Shown here: one piece after another, positions 18,087 through 28,546 of the stretch
Layout: each line of letters opens with the position of its first letter
Numbering within the stretch: the first letter of the stretch is position 1
Origin: Actinobacteria bacterium HGW-Actinobacteria-6
GTDB lineage: Bacteria > Actinomycetota > Coriobacteriia > Anaerosomatales > Anaerosomataceae
Assembly: GCA_002841295.1 (NCBI GenBank)
Contig: PHEU01000007.1
Span: forward strand, 6,417 to 70,416
Length of the DNA: 64,000 nucleotides
Direction of reading: 5' to 3'
Notes under the pieces: model-generated
Databases searched by the model: none
Told to the model about the DNA's origin: nothing
The model's input: the letters and a program-made list of their open reading frames with translations, nothing else
Translations under genes and position numbers: made by a program

Positions 18087-19982
18087 ATGACGCTCGATGC
18101 CAACGGCACGTCACTGACGGGCGTTCCTGACGGTCCCGGCGTCTACCTGTGGAAGGGGCCGGACGGCGAGGTACTCTACGTTGGCAAGGCGAAGTCGCTG
18201 CGCAAGCGCATGCGGCAGTACGTGAGCGGTCAGGATGAACGTGAGAAGATCCCGTTCATGATGGAGCAGGTCGCAAGCTACGACTATGTTGTGACAGACA
18301 ACGAAGTCGAGTCGCTCATCCTGGAAGCAAATCTCATCAAGCAGTTCGACCCGCCGTACAACGTCGATTACCGGGACGGCAAGTCGTACCCGTTCATCGC
18401 GCTCACTCTGAGCGACCCGTTCCCTGCGATCAAGTACACACGGGAGCGGCATCGGCCGGGAACGCGTTACTTTGGGCCGTACACGGACGCGCGTGGCGCG
18501 CGTGACACCATCGAAATCGTACGCCGCGTCTACCCGATATGTCGGGCAACGTGTCTTGAATGGAAGCGTCTCACGGCGAAAGGCGGTGAGCCCACCGGCA
18601 AGCCGTGTTTCGACTTCCATGTGGGCAAGGGCCCTGGCCCCTGCGTGGGCGCCGTCACCCCTGAGTCCTATGCCGAGCGGGTCGGGGAGGTCTCGGCATT
18701 TCTTGAGGGCAAGCGCGGCGGAATCGCGTCTGACCTCGAGCGGCGTATGCGTGAGGCTGCGGGCGAGCTCGACTATGAGCGCGCAGCGAGGCTCAGAAAC
18801 TCGCTTGACGCAGTGAACAGCGTGCTCGCCAAGCAGAAGGTCGTCTCGGACAGGCCGCTCGACATGGACGTGATCGGCATCGAGCGCGAGGAGACGATTG
18901 CGGGCGTGCACGTCTTCCTCGTGCGCGAGGGACGCGTGTTGGCTGGCAACGAGTTCGTGCTCGACAAGGGCTTCGACGTCCCGGAGTCCGAGCTCATCGA
19001 GGGATTCTTGCTGCGCTACTACGGCGAGACCTCGTATGTGCCGAAGGAGATCATCGTGCCCGCGCTGCCCGAAGAACCCGATGTCGCCGAGGAGTGGCTG
19101 TCGCGGTTGCGCGGGAAACGCGCGCGTCTGTCAGTCCCGCAGCGTGGCGAGAAGCGGGCGCTCTCGGAGCTCGCGTGCACGAACGCCCGTCACACATTGG
19201 CTCGATACAAGCAGCGCACGCGCTACGACGAAGAGCGCCTCAATCGCGCACTCCTGGAGCTCGAAAGCGCGCTCGCGTTGTCTGCGCCGCCGCTCAGGAT
19301 CGAGTGCTACGACATCTCGACTCTGCACGGTCGACATTCGGTCGGGTCCATGGTGGTCTTCTCCGGCGGCCGCCCCGATCGCGCATCGTATCGTCGCTTC
19401 AAAATCCGTATGGAATCCGAGGAGGCGAACGACTTCGCGATGATGCGCGAGGTCCTCGGCAGAAGGTTCGCGCGTGACATCGCGGACGATGCACGCTTCG
19501 GCTCGCGCCCTGATCTCATCGTCGTTGACGGCGGGAAGCCGCAGCTCTCGGCAGCCATTGCTGTGGCCGAGGAGCTTGGAGTGAGCATCCCGATCGTCTC
19601 GCTCGCGAAGCGCGAAGAGGAGCTCTATGTCCCGGATTGGGACGAGCCCATCACGTTGCCCACTGGCTCGTCGTCGCTCTACCTGGTGAAACGGCTGCGC
19701 GACGAGGCGCACCGCTTCGCGATCGAGTATCACCGGAACCTGCGCGACAAGGCGATGACCGCCTCGGCGCTCGATGATATCCCGGGTGTTGGACCCAAGC
19801 GCCGCAAGGCCTTGCTTAAGGCGTTCGGCTCATTTCGCAAGCTGCGTTCCGCGTCAGCCGAGGAGATCGCGGCGGTTCCCGGAATCCCTGTAGATGTTGC
19901 ACACGATATCTTTCGCTTTGTGTCACCATTGGCGGCAACGAGCGATTCTGTGTCCGAGGGGCGGACCGCAGAGTCCGACTAA
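18087..19982 (+). CDS. uvrC: Excinuclease ABC subunit UvrC
   Basis: GIY-YIG N-terminus (GVYLWKGPDGEVLYVGKAKSLRKR), a UVR domain (LDYERAARLRN) and a C-terminal (HhH)2 (IPGVGPKRRKALLKAFGS). Confidence 0.95.
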   Translation: MTLDANGTSLTGVPDGPGVYLWKGPDGEVLYVGKAKSLRKRMRQYVSGQDEREKIPFMMEQVASYDYVVTDNEVESLILEANLIKQFDPPYNVDYRDGKSYPFIALTLSDPFPAIKYTRERHRPGTRYFGPYTDARGARDTIEIVRRVYPICRATCLEWKRLTAKGGEPTGKPCFDFHVGKGPGPCVGAVTPESYAERVGEVSAFLEGKRGGIASDLERRMREAAGELDYERAARLRNSLDAVNSVLAKQKVVSDRPLDMDVIGIEREETIAGVHVFLVREGRVLAGNEFVLDKGFDVPESELIEGFLLRYYGETSYVPKEIIVPALPEEPDVAEEWLSRLRGKRARLSVPQRGEKRALSELACTNARHTLARYKQRTRYDEERLNRALLELESALALSAPPLRIECYDISTLHGRHSVGSMVVFSGGRPDRASYRRFKIRMESEEANDFAMMREVLGRRFARDIADDARFGSRPDLIVVDGGKPQLSAAIAVAEELGVSIPIVSLAKREEELYVPDWDEPITLPTGSSSLYLVKRLRDEAHRFAIEYHRNLRDKAMTASALDDIPGVGPKRRKALLKAFGSFRKLRSASAEEIAAVPGIPVDVAHDIFRFVSPLAATSDSVSEGRTAESD

Positions 19983-20109
19983 CGCAGTCAAGCAGGGAGA
20001 GCCGATGCACGAGCGCGAATGTCGGGTGTCAAGGACGCGATGACCGGCTCGCGGTAGGCGCGCTGTTATACTTGAGACTGCCCGTTTGTCGACTGCCTAG
20101 GGGGATGCG

Positions 20110-20472
20110 ATGAAGTTCATCTTGCGAATGCTTGTGTCGGCTGCGGCGCTTTTCGGTGTGGCGTATCTCTCGAATGGCGCGCTTCTTCTGGTCGACGCAT
20201 TCTGGCCGGCCGCGGTAATCGCTGCTGTCGTGCTCGCCGTCGTGAACGCCCTGATCAAGCCAGTTGTTCAGTTCTTCGCATTTCCGGTGACGGTCTTGAG
20301 CCTGGGACTGTTCTCGCTCGTGATCAGCGCGCTCATGCTCTACATCGTCGCGGCGCTTGTACCCGGCGTTCAGACCACAGGGTTTCTGCAGACAGTCGTC
20401 GCAAGCATCATCATCTCGATCGTAAGCGCTGTCGGCGGCAAGCTCGTGGACTCCGGATCAGACCGTGGATAA
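20110..20472 (+). CDS. Four-TM membrane protein of the phage-holin-4_2 / YvlD-like family
   Basis: 120 aa with four hydrophobic helices and a ..NALIKPVVQFFAFPVTVLSLGLFSLVISALML.. pattern typical of this family. It occupies the conserved position between uvrC and rapZ. Confidence 0.55.
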   Translation: MKFILRMLVSAAALFGVAYLSNGALLLVDAFWPAAVIAAVVLAVVNALIKPVVQFFAFPVTVLSLGLFSLVISALMLYIVAALVPGVQTTGFLQTVVASIIISIVSAVGGKLVDSGSDRG

Positions 20473-21388
20473 CGTGCAAGATAGCGCATCCGTTTCGGAT
20501 GTCGTGGAGCCTGGCGAGCGAGAGATCGTCGTCATCACCGGCATGTCGGGCGCTGGTCGCTCTGAGGCCATGCACACCTTCGAGGATCTCGGCTATTTCT
20601 GCATCGACAACATCCCGCCAGCGCTCATATCCCAGCTTGTGGCACTGACCGCACTGCCCGGAAGTCGTGTCCGCCACGTTGCCGTGGTGTGCGATGTGCG
20701 CGGCGGGTCGTTCTTCTCGGAGCTCTCGGCAGCGCTTGCGGAACTGAGAGATTCAGGCCATCCGTACAGGTTGCTCTTCCTTACGGCCGAGGACCGCGTC
20801 CTGGTAAAGCGTTTCAAGGAAACGCGTCGTCGGCATCCCCTGGCCGACGATCGTTCGCTTGGTGACGGAATACGTGCCGAGCGCAAGCTACTGGTACCGT
20901 TTGAGCAGAGCGCCGACCTCATCATCGACTCCAGCCAACTCCGCCCGCAGGAGCTGCGCGCACTCATCCGTCAACGGTTCCTGACCGGTGCGGAGACAGA
21001 AGCGCTCATGGTCACCGTTTCGTCGTTCGGCTTCAAATACGGGCTGCCGATCGATGCGGATATCATCATCGACGTCCGCTTCCTCCCGAACCCGTTCTAC
21101 ATGCCTAAGCTTCGCGATAAGACCGGTCTCGACAAGCCGGTTCGCGCGTTTGTCCTCGGCAGGGTCGAGACCGAGGAGTTTCTGCGTCGCTGGTTCGACA
21201 TGCTCGACGTCTTGCTGCCGGCATACGCTGCCGAGGGCAAGTCGCAGCTGCACATCGCGCTTGGCTGCACCGGCGGTATGCACCGCAGTGTCGTGCTTGC
21301 CGAGCAGACCGCAGAGCACTTGCGCCGTCACGGTGAGGTCGTCAATACCTCGCATCGTGACATCGGCAGAGACAGGGAGCGCTCGTGA
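20465..21388 (+). CDS. rapZ: RNase adapter / nucleotide-binding protein RapZ (YvcJ family)
   Basis: Walker A GMSGAGRS, CIDNIPP, and the C-terminal block IALGCTGGMHRSV. Confidence 0.9.
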   Translation: MDNVQDSASVSDVVEPGEREIVVITGMSGAGRSEAMHTFEDLGYFCIDNIPPALISQLVALTALPGSRVRHVAVVCDVRGGSFFSELSAALAELRDSGHPYRLLFLTAEDRVLVKRFKETRRRHPLADDRSLGDGIRAERKLLVPFEQSADLIIDSSQLRPQELRALIRQRFLTGAETEALMVTVSSFGFKYGLPIDADIIIDVRFLPNPFYMPKLRDKTGLDKPVRAFVLGRVETEEFLRRWFDMLDVLLPAYAAEGKSQLHIALGCTGGMHRSVVLAEQTAEHLRRHGEVVNTSHRDIGRDRERS

Positions 21389-22311
21389 AGCGAGCGGTGG
21401 CTATAGGCGGCGGCACGGGACTCCCGGTCGTTCTCAAATGCCTCGCGGCGTCGGGATTCGATGTGACCGCGGTGGTGACCGTCGCAGATGACGGCGGCTC
21501 GTCGGGCTCGCTGCGCCGTGAACTCGGCGTACTGCCGCCGGGCGATATCCGAAACTGCCTCGTGGCGCTCGCCGCTCCAGGTTCGCCGCTTTCTGACCTC
21601 TTTCAGTACCGGTTCGCCGCAGGCGAGGGACTGAAAGGCCACGCTCTCGGCAACCTGATCATCGCAGCGCTCGCCGACATGCGCGGGGACTTCTCGGCGG
21701 CGATCGAAGAAGCATCCGAGCTGCTTGGCGTGCGCGGTCGCGTCTTGCCCTCGACGCTGACCGACGTCGTGCTCATTGCCGAGGATGAGAACGGTGAGAG
21801 GGTCACCGGACAGGCGAATGTCGCTCACAGCTCCGTGCCGGTTTGCAGCGTGCACCTTGAGCCTGCCGCACCGCCTGCATACCCGCCAGTCCTCGAGGCG
21901 ATTCACACGGCTGATGTCGTGGTTCTCGGGCCGGGAAGCCTGTATACGAGCATCATGCCGAACCTGCTCATCGAAGGGGTTGCTGAGGCTTTACGTGCAA
22001 CAGCGGCGCGCATCATCTACGTCTGCAACGTCGCCAACCTACGAGGAGAGACCTCAGGGTTGGACGCATACGGACACGTTCGTGCACTTGAGGAGCACGG
22101 CCTTCTCGGTGCGATCGACATCGCCGTTGTTCACGATACCGACGTTGCGCCGCTGGCCCAAGGCGTCTCAGCCGTTGAAGGCGGTGCCGTTGTCCGTGAA
22201 GCTATCGAGGCACGGGGCATCGCCGTACTGGCAACCGACCTTGCTGACAAGCTTTCTCCGATGCATCACGATCCCGCGCTGCTGTGTGCCGCGCTGAGGG
22301 GGCTGGCATAG
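21385..22311 (+). CDS. YvcK/CuvA-family gluconeogenesis factor (UPF0052, CofD-like)
   Basis: AIGGGTGLPVVLK, DDGGSSG.LR, GPGSLYTSI. Overlaps the rapZ stop by 4 nt. Confidence 0.9.
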   Translation: MKRAVAIGGGTGLPVVLKCLAASGFDVTAVVTVADDGGSSGSLRRELGVLPPGDIRNCLVALAAPGSPLSDLFQYRFAAGEGLKGHALGNLIIAALADMRGDFSAAIEEASELLGVRGRVLPSTLTDVVLIAEDENGERVTGQANVAHSSVPVCSVHLEPAAPPAYPPVLEAIHTADVVVLGPGSLYTSIMPNLLIEGVAEALRATAARIIYVCNVANLRGETSGLDAYGHVRALEEHGLLGAIDIAVVHDTDVAPLAQGVSAVEGGAVVREAIEARGIAVLATDLADKLSPMHHDPALLCAALRGLA

Positions 22312-23234
22312 TGTCGTTCACCGCCGAGGTCAAAGATGAACTCTCGCGTGTAGAGTCGAAGCGGCGATGTTGTCCGCGCGCGGAGCTTTCGGCGCTCGTG
22401 CGTGTGGAGGGGACACTCCACTTCACCGGAAACGAACGCTTCCGCCTGGAGATTGCGACTGAGACCGCACCGGTCGCGCGCAAGGCGATCAAGCTGCTGC
22501 ATGGTATTTACTCGCTGACCACCGAGCTCACTGTGCGCCGTTCGGTGCTTCACAAGTCCAACAATTACCTGATCACGGTGCCAGCACAGCCAAAACTTGC
22601 AGAGGCGCTGCACGATCTTGGGATTCTCGACGACTCGCTCTCGCCGAGTCACGGCATTCCGAAATGGCTTGTGAAGAAGGACTGTTGCGCGATCTCGTAT
22701 CTGCGTGGCGCGTTTCTGGGCGGGGGATTCGTTGCGGACCCTCACGGGGACTTTCACTTCGAGCTCACAGCGGAGTCCGAGCAAGTCGCCGAGGACCTCT
22801 TGGCCATCATGGCACGTTTCGAAATCAACGCGCGCATCACGCAGCGACGTGGTACCTACGCTGTCTACCTCAAGGGTGCCGAGCCGATCGTGACGTTCCT
22901 CGCGCTCGTGGGGGCGCATCGAGCCCTCCTGCGCACAGAGGACGTACGAATCATGAAGGGCGTACGCAACGACGTTAACCGCTTGGTGAATGCTGAGACG
23001 GCCAACCTCCTGAAGAGCACGTCTGCAGCCATACTCCAGGTCGAGGCGATCGGTCGACTCGCATCATCGCGCGGACTTGAGAGTCTGCCGCCGGCGCTGC
23101 GAGAACTGGCAGAGTTGCGACTCGAGCATCCTGACGCGAGTCTTCGCGAGCTTGGTGAGCTTGCCGAGCCGCCGCTTTCAAAGTCCGCCGTCTATCACCG
23201 GATTCGCCGCCTTGAGGAGCTCGCTTCTGATTAA
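22311..23234 (+). CDS. whiA: DNA-binding sporulation/cell-division regulator WhiA
   Basis: Start placed at GTG 22311 (VSFTAEVKDELSRV, the canonical WhiA N-terminus); the ORF track starts at 22284. LAGLIDADG-like domains and a C-terminal HTH (SKSAVYHRIRRLEELA). Confidence 0.9.
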   Translation: MSFTAEVKDELSRVESKRRCCPRAELSALVRVEGTLHFTGNERFRLEIATETAPVARKAIKLLHGIYSLTTELTVRRSVLHKSNNYLITVPAQPKLAEALHDLGILDDSLSPSHGIPKWLVKKDCCAISYLRGAFLGGGFVADPHGDFHFELTAESEQVAEDLLAIMARFEINARITQRRGTYAVYLKGAEPIVTFLALVGAHRALLRTEDVRIMKGVRNDVNRLVNAETANLLKSTSAAILQVEAIGRLASSRGLESLPPALRELAELRLEHPDASLRELGELAEPPLSKSAVYHRIRRLEELASD

Positions 23235-24341
<1,107 letters not shown>

Positions 24342-24355
24342 TTCGGTAGAAACCT

Positions 24356-24381
24356 CAGCGGGCGCGGAAACGCGCCCGCTG
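24356..24381 (+). other. Intercistronic hairpin between gap and pgk: perfect 11-bp stem CAGCGGGCGCG-GAAA-CGCGCCCGCTG
   Basis: Read directly. It has a GNRA tetraloop and no U-tract, so it is more likely an mRNA processing or stability element than a full terminator. Confidence 0.4.
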
Positions 24382-24412
24382 TCATGTCCGGTGCTGATAC
24401 CGCGGAGGGGCC

Positions 24413-25606
24413 ATGTTCTCCAAGAAGACCGTGAAGGACGTCGATGTTCGCGGCAAGCGGATTCTCGTTCGCGTCGACTTCAATGTCCCGCTTGCAGACG
24501 GATCCGTCACTGATGACACCCGGGTGCGGGCTGCGCTGCCAACGCTGCGCTATCTCGTTGACCACGGAGCGCGCGTCATCGTCATGAGCCACCTCGGGAG
24601 ACCGAAGGGTGAACCTGACCCGCAGTACAGCCTGCGGCCAGTGCGGCGCGTACTTCAAAGGCTTCTCGGCAGGAATGTAGTGTTCGTCGATGACATCGTG
24701 GGCAGCGAAGCGCATGAGGCCGCCGACCGAATGGTCGACGGCGAGATCATCATGCTCGAGAACGTGCGCTTCAATCCCGGCGAGAAGGCGAATGATCCTG
24801 AGTTTGCGAAGGCCCTCGCATCGCTTGCGGATATCTACGTGAACGACGCGTTCGGCGCCGCGCATCGTGCGCACGCGTCGACTGCGGGCGTCGCGCAGTT
24901 CGTGCCCGCCTACGCAGGCATGCTGCTCGCACGCGAGGTCGAGACGTTGACGTCGATGCTTACCAACCCCGAGCGGCCGTTCGTGGCGATTCTCGGCGGG
25001 TCAAAGGTCTCCGACAAGATCGGCGTCATCGACCAGCTGCTCGAGTGCGTGGACACGCTCCTCATCGGTGGCGGCATGTGTTTCACCTTTCTGGTCGCCA
25101 AGGGCATCAACGTTGGTCGATCGCTCGTTGAAGACGAATGGGTCGAGCCTGCGAAGCAGATGCTGGAGAAGGCGCTTGAGCGCGATGTTGAGATCGTCCT
25201 GCCGGTTGACTTCGTGGTCGCGGATCAGATCGCAGAGGATGTAGATACCACCATCGTCGGCCGTGAGGAGATTCCCTCGGAGATGATGGGTCTTGATATC
25301 GGTCCCACCACGTCCGAGCTCTTCAAGGGTGCGATCGGCACAGCCCGCACGATCTTCTGGAACGGACCCATGGGCGTCTTCGAGCTGAAGCCGTTTGAAA
25401 CAGGCACGCGCGAAGTCGCAATGGCTGTCGCCCGCAACAACCGCGCTGTTTCAGTCATCGGCGGTGGCGACTCTGTGGCGGCACTCAAGAAGTTCGACCT
25501 CGAGGAGCGTGTGACGTTCGTTTCAACCGGCGGTGGCGCCTCGATGAAGCTGCTGGAACGCGCACCGCTGCCGGGCGTGGAAGCGCTCTTGGACAAAGAC
25601 GCGTAG
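24413..25606 (+). CDS. pgk: Phosphoglycerate kinase
   Basis: RVDFNVPL, SHLGRPKG, and GGGDSVAA near the C-terminus. Confidence 0.96.
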   Translation: MFSKKTVKDVDVRGKRILVRVDFNVPLADGSVTDDTRVRAALPTLRYLVDHGARVIVMSHLGRPKGEPDPQYSLRPVRRVLQRLLGRNVVFVDDIVGSEAHEAADRMVDGEIIMLENVRFNPGEKANDPEFAKALASLADIYVNDAFGAAHRAHASTAGVAQFVPAYAGMLLAREVETLTSMLTNPERPFVAILGGSKVSDKIGVIDQLLECVDTLLIGGGMCFTFLVAKGINVGRSLVEDEWVEPAKQMLEKALERDVEIVLPVDFVVADQIAEDVDTTIVGREEIPSEMMGLDIGPTTSELFKGAIGTARTIFWNGPMGVFELKPFETGTREVAMAVARNNRAVSVIGGGDSVAALKKFDLEERVTFVSTGGGASMKLLERAPLPGVEALLDKDA

Positions 25607-25626
25607 GAATCGGGAAGGGGAGCACC

Positions 25627-26394
25627 ATGGAGCGCCGTAAACTGGTTGCCGGCAACTGGAAGATGTACACCACTTCAGGTGAAGGTGCGGTCCTGATCCA
25701 GGATATAGCCGAGGAGCTCGAAGATGTTCTTGAGGACGTTGAGGTCGTTGTCTGCCCTCCGTTCACAGGAATCAAAGCTGTATCAACGGTGATCGAGCTT
25801 GATCACGTCAACATGGGTCTCGGCTCGCAGGACATGTTCTGGGAGGCCGAGGGCGCCTATACCGGCGCCATCTCCGCCCGCATGCTCACGGAGCTTCGCT
25901 GCACACACGTCATCGTTGGTCACTCGGAGCGCCGTGAGTTCTTTGGCGAGACGGACGAGACCGTCAACAAGAAAGTCCGCGCGGTGTTTGCGGCCGGCAT
26001 GACGCCGATCATGTGTTGTGGTGAGACGCTCGCCACGCGTGATGCACTTGAGACTGACTTGTTCATCCGCAAGCAGGTCCTTGCTGGCGCAGCGGGTCTT
26101 TCGGCGGAAGAAGCGGCCCGACTTGTCATCGCGTATGAGCCCATTTGGGCGATTGGCTCCGGCCGAACCCCCACACCCGAGTCTGCAAATGATGTCACCC
26201 GCGCGATTCGCGCCACAGTGGGGGCGATGTACGGACCGCCGGCAGCGATGCAGGTGCGCGTGCTCTATGGTGGTTCGGTCAAACCTGAGAACGCGAAGAT
26301 GTTCTTCGCCGAGCCAGACATCGACGGTGCGCTCGTCGGCGGCGCCGCGCTCAACGCTCAGTCATTCTCGGAGATCGCGAAGGCGGCGCGCTGA
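25627..26394 (+). CDS. tpiA: Triose-phosphate isomerase
   Basis: VAGNWKM, VGHSERR, AYEPIWAIGSG, GGAALN. Confidence 0.96.
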   Translation: MERRKLVAGNWKMYTTSGEGAVLIQDIAEELEDVLEDVEVVVCPPFTGIKAVSTVIELDHVNMGLGSQDMFWEAEGAYTGAISARMLTELRCTHVIVGHSERREFFGETDETVNKKVRAVFAAGMTPIMCCGETLATRDALETDLFIRKQVLAGAAGLSAEEAARLVIAYEPIWAIGSGRTPTPESANDVTRAIRATVGAMYGPPAAMQVRVLYGGSVKPENAKMFFAEPDIDGALVGGAALNAQSFSEIAKAAR

Positions 26395-26396
26395 TC

Positions 26397-27923
26397 GTGA
26401 CCAATCCAGTCGTCCTGATGATTCTCGATGGCTTCGGTCTCGGCGAGCCCGGACCGGGCAATGCCATCACGCAGGCCGAGACGCCCGCTATAGACCGCCT
26501 CTTCGCTACATGCCCTTGGGCACCGCTTGAGGCCGCAGGGCTCGCTGTGGGGCTTCCAGAGGGTCAGATGGGCAACTCGGAGGTCGGGCACCTGAACATC
26601 GGGGCCGGCAGGATCGTGTACCAGGAGCTCACCCGCATCTGTCGTGCAATCGAAGACGGCTCGCTCGTTGAGAATCCCGTCCTCATCGCGGCAATGGACG
26701 CTGCGGTCGCCGGTGGCGGCGCGGTGCACTTCATGGGGCTCCTTTCGGACGGCGGCGTGCATAGCCATCAGGATCACCTCTATGCCCTCGTTCGCATGGC
26801 GGCCTCGCGCGGTGCGAACCGCATTTTCGTGCACGCATTCCTCGACGGCCGAGATGTGCCGCCCACAAGCGGACTCGGCTTCATCGAGCAGCTCGAAGCA
26901 GTGCTTGCCGAGACGGGTGTCGGTGCTGTCGCGACAGTCATGGGTCGCTACTACGCGATGGATCGCGACAACCGGTGGGAGCGAGTCGAGCGAGCGTGGT
27001 CAGCGATGGTTCTCGGCGAGGGAGTTCTCGTAGGCTCGGCGCCGGAAGCCGTCGCGGCATCGTATGCTGCCGGAGTGACCGATGAGTTTGTGGTGCCGGC
27101 CGTTGTCGCGGGCGACGATGGCCCAATCGGCACGCTCGTCGACGGCGACTCGCTTGTCTTCTTCAACTTTCGACCTGATCGGGCCCGGGAGATCACTCGC
27201 GCGCTCGTCGACCCGGCTTTCGAGGGCTTCTCACGGATTGCAAAGCCTGCGCTCCATTTCGTTTGTCTTACGGAGTACGACCCCAAGATCTCCGCGCCCG
27301 TGGCTTTCCCGAAGGATCTCCCGTGCTGCGTTCTGGCGGATGTCCTTGCCGAGAACGGCCTGCGTCAGCTTCATATCGCCGAGACTGAGAAGTACGCTCA
27401 CGTCACGTTCTTCTTTAATGGTGGTGCCGAGGCACCAAAGGTAGGCGAGGAGCGGGTTCTGGTGCCGAGCCCACACGTGTCCACGTACGATCTTCAGCCC
27501 GAGATGAGCGAGCCTGAGGTCACACGACTGCTCGTTGAGGCGATCGAGCAGCACCGCGCCGATTTCTACGTCGTCAACTTCGCGAACTGCGATATGGTCG
27601 GTCACACCGGAATCACTCCGGCTGCAATCCGAGCCGTGGAAGCTGTTGACGACGGCGTGGGGAAGATTGCCGCTGCTGTCTCCGCACAAGGCGGCGCACT
27701 CATCCTCACGGCTGATCACGGCAACGCTGAACGGATGATGGATGCCGAAGGCGAGCCCTTCACAGCGCACACCACCGACCCGGTCCCGTTCATATGTTGT
27801 GCTGGTGGAGTTGTTGGCGTTCGCGAGGGGGGCATACTTGCGGATGTCGCGCCGAGTGTTCTCGACTTACTGGGAGTCGAATCCCCCGGCGAGTGGTCCG
27901 GGAGTAGCTTGCTTGAGCGCTAG
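26397..27923 (+). CDS. gpmI: 2,3-bisphosphoglycerate-independent phosphoglycerate mutase
   Basis: LMILDGFG, GNSEVGHLNIGAGR, SDGGVHSH, ADHGNAE. Length 508 aa. Confidence 0.95.
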   Translation: MTNPVVLMILDGFGLGEPGPGNAITQAETPAIDRLFATCPWAPLEAAGLAVGLPEGQMGNSEVGHLNIGAGRIVYQELTRICRAIEDGSLVENPVLIAAMDAAVAGGGAVHFMGLLSDGGVHSHQDHLYALVRMAASRGANRIFVHAFLDGRDVPPTSGLGFIEQLEAVLAETGVGAVATVMGRYYAMDRDNRWERVERAWSAMVLGEGVLVGSAPEAVAASYAAGVTDEFVVPAVVAGDDGPIGTLVDGDSLVFFNFRPDRAREITRALVDPAFEGFSRIAKPALHFVCLTEYDPKISAPVAFPKDLPCCVLADVLAENGLRQLHIAETEKYAHVTFFFNGGAEAPKVGEERVLVPSPHVSTYDLQPEMSEPEVTRLLVEAIEQHRADFYVVNFANCDMVGHTGITPAAIRAVEAVDDGVGKIAAAVSAQGGALILTADHGNAERMMDAEGEPFTAHTTDPVPFICCAGGVVGVREGGILADVAPSVLDLLGVESPGEWSGSSLLER

Positions 27924-28021
27924 TTGAGCATAGTGCCTAGTGTCGGTATACTGGCACGGTTCGAGTCAGACATGCCGATCGTCCCGGACAGCTTACGGGA
28001 TGACGTTTTCGAGGAGTCATT

Positions 28022-28267
28022 GTGAACGCAGCCGCATACATCGTCATTGGTATACATACAATATGCGCTATTGGGCTTGTTTTATTCGTATTGCTGCATT
28101 CAGGCAAGGGAACAGGTTTGTCTTCCATGCTTGGAGGCGCGGTTCCGACCACATCGAGCGGCACCGGTATCATCGAGAAGAACCTCGATCGCATCACGAT
28201 TGGCTTCGCTGTGGGTTACGCTGTGACCGCGCTGCTTCTCATGGTGATCTATCGCCCCATGCTGTAG
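28022..28267 (+). CDS. secG: Preprotein translocase subunit SecG
   Basis: 81 aa with two TM helices and LLHSGKGTGLSSMLGG. It occupies the conserved position after tpiA/gpmI. Confidence 0.85.
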   Translation: MNAAAYIVIGIHTICAIGLVLFVLLHSGKGTGLSSMLGGAVPTTSSGTGIIEKNLDRITIGFAVGYAVTALLLMVIYRPML

Positions 28268-28298
28268 CAGTCGCAGTACATTTTCCGGAGTCAAGGAG

Positions 28299-28330
28299 CG
28301 CCCGCCATTCGGCGGGCGTTCTTCTTTTGT
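28299..28330 (+). terminator. Rho-independent terminator after secG
   Basis: CGCCCGCC-ATTC-GGCGGGCG followed by TTCTTCTTTTGT. Confidence 0.75.
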
Positions 28331-28546
28331 GTCCGCTTCGATTGCCCGTGGCGGGCAGTTTCCTTGCCTTTCTATGCAAATAGCGGGAATATTAGTTGTT
28401 CGTTCCATGTCAGCAAAGAACACTTGAAGATGGCTTTGGCCTGCGGGCTGAGTTGGATCGCCAGGGAGGGATGGACGCGCGCGATCGCTGGACTGTTGGA
28501 TGGTGTACGAATGTACGTGCGTACGTTTCTGGAGGGAGGCTAAACG

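Noticed and set aside
27952-27967. TGGCAC upstream of secG
   Set aside because: No TTGC-like -12 element lies at the required distance (the sequence is GAGTC). The TGGCAC probably occurs by chance next to the TATACT -10 hexamer.
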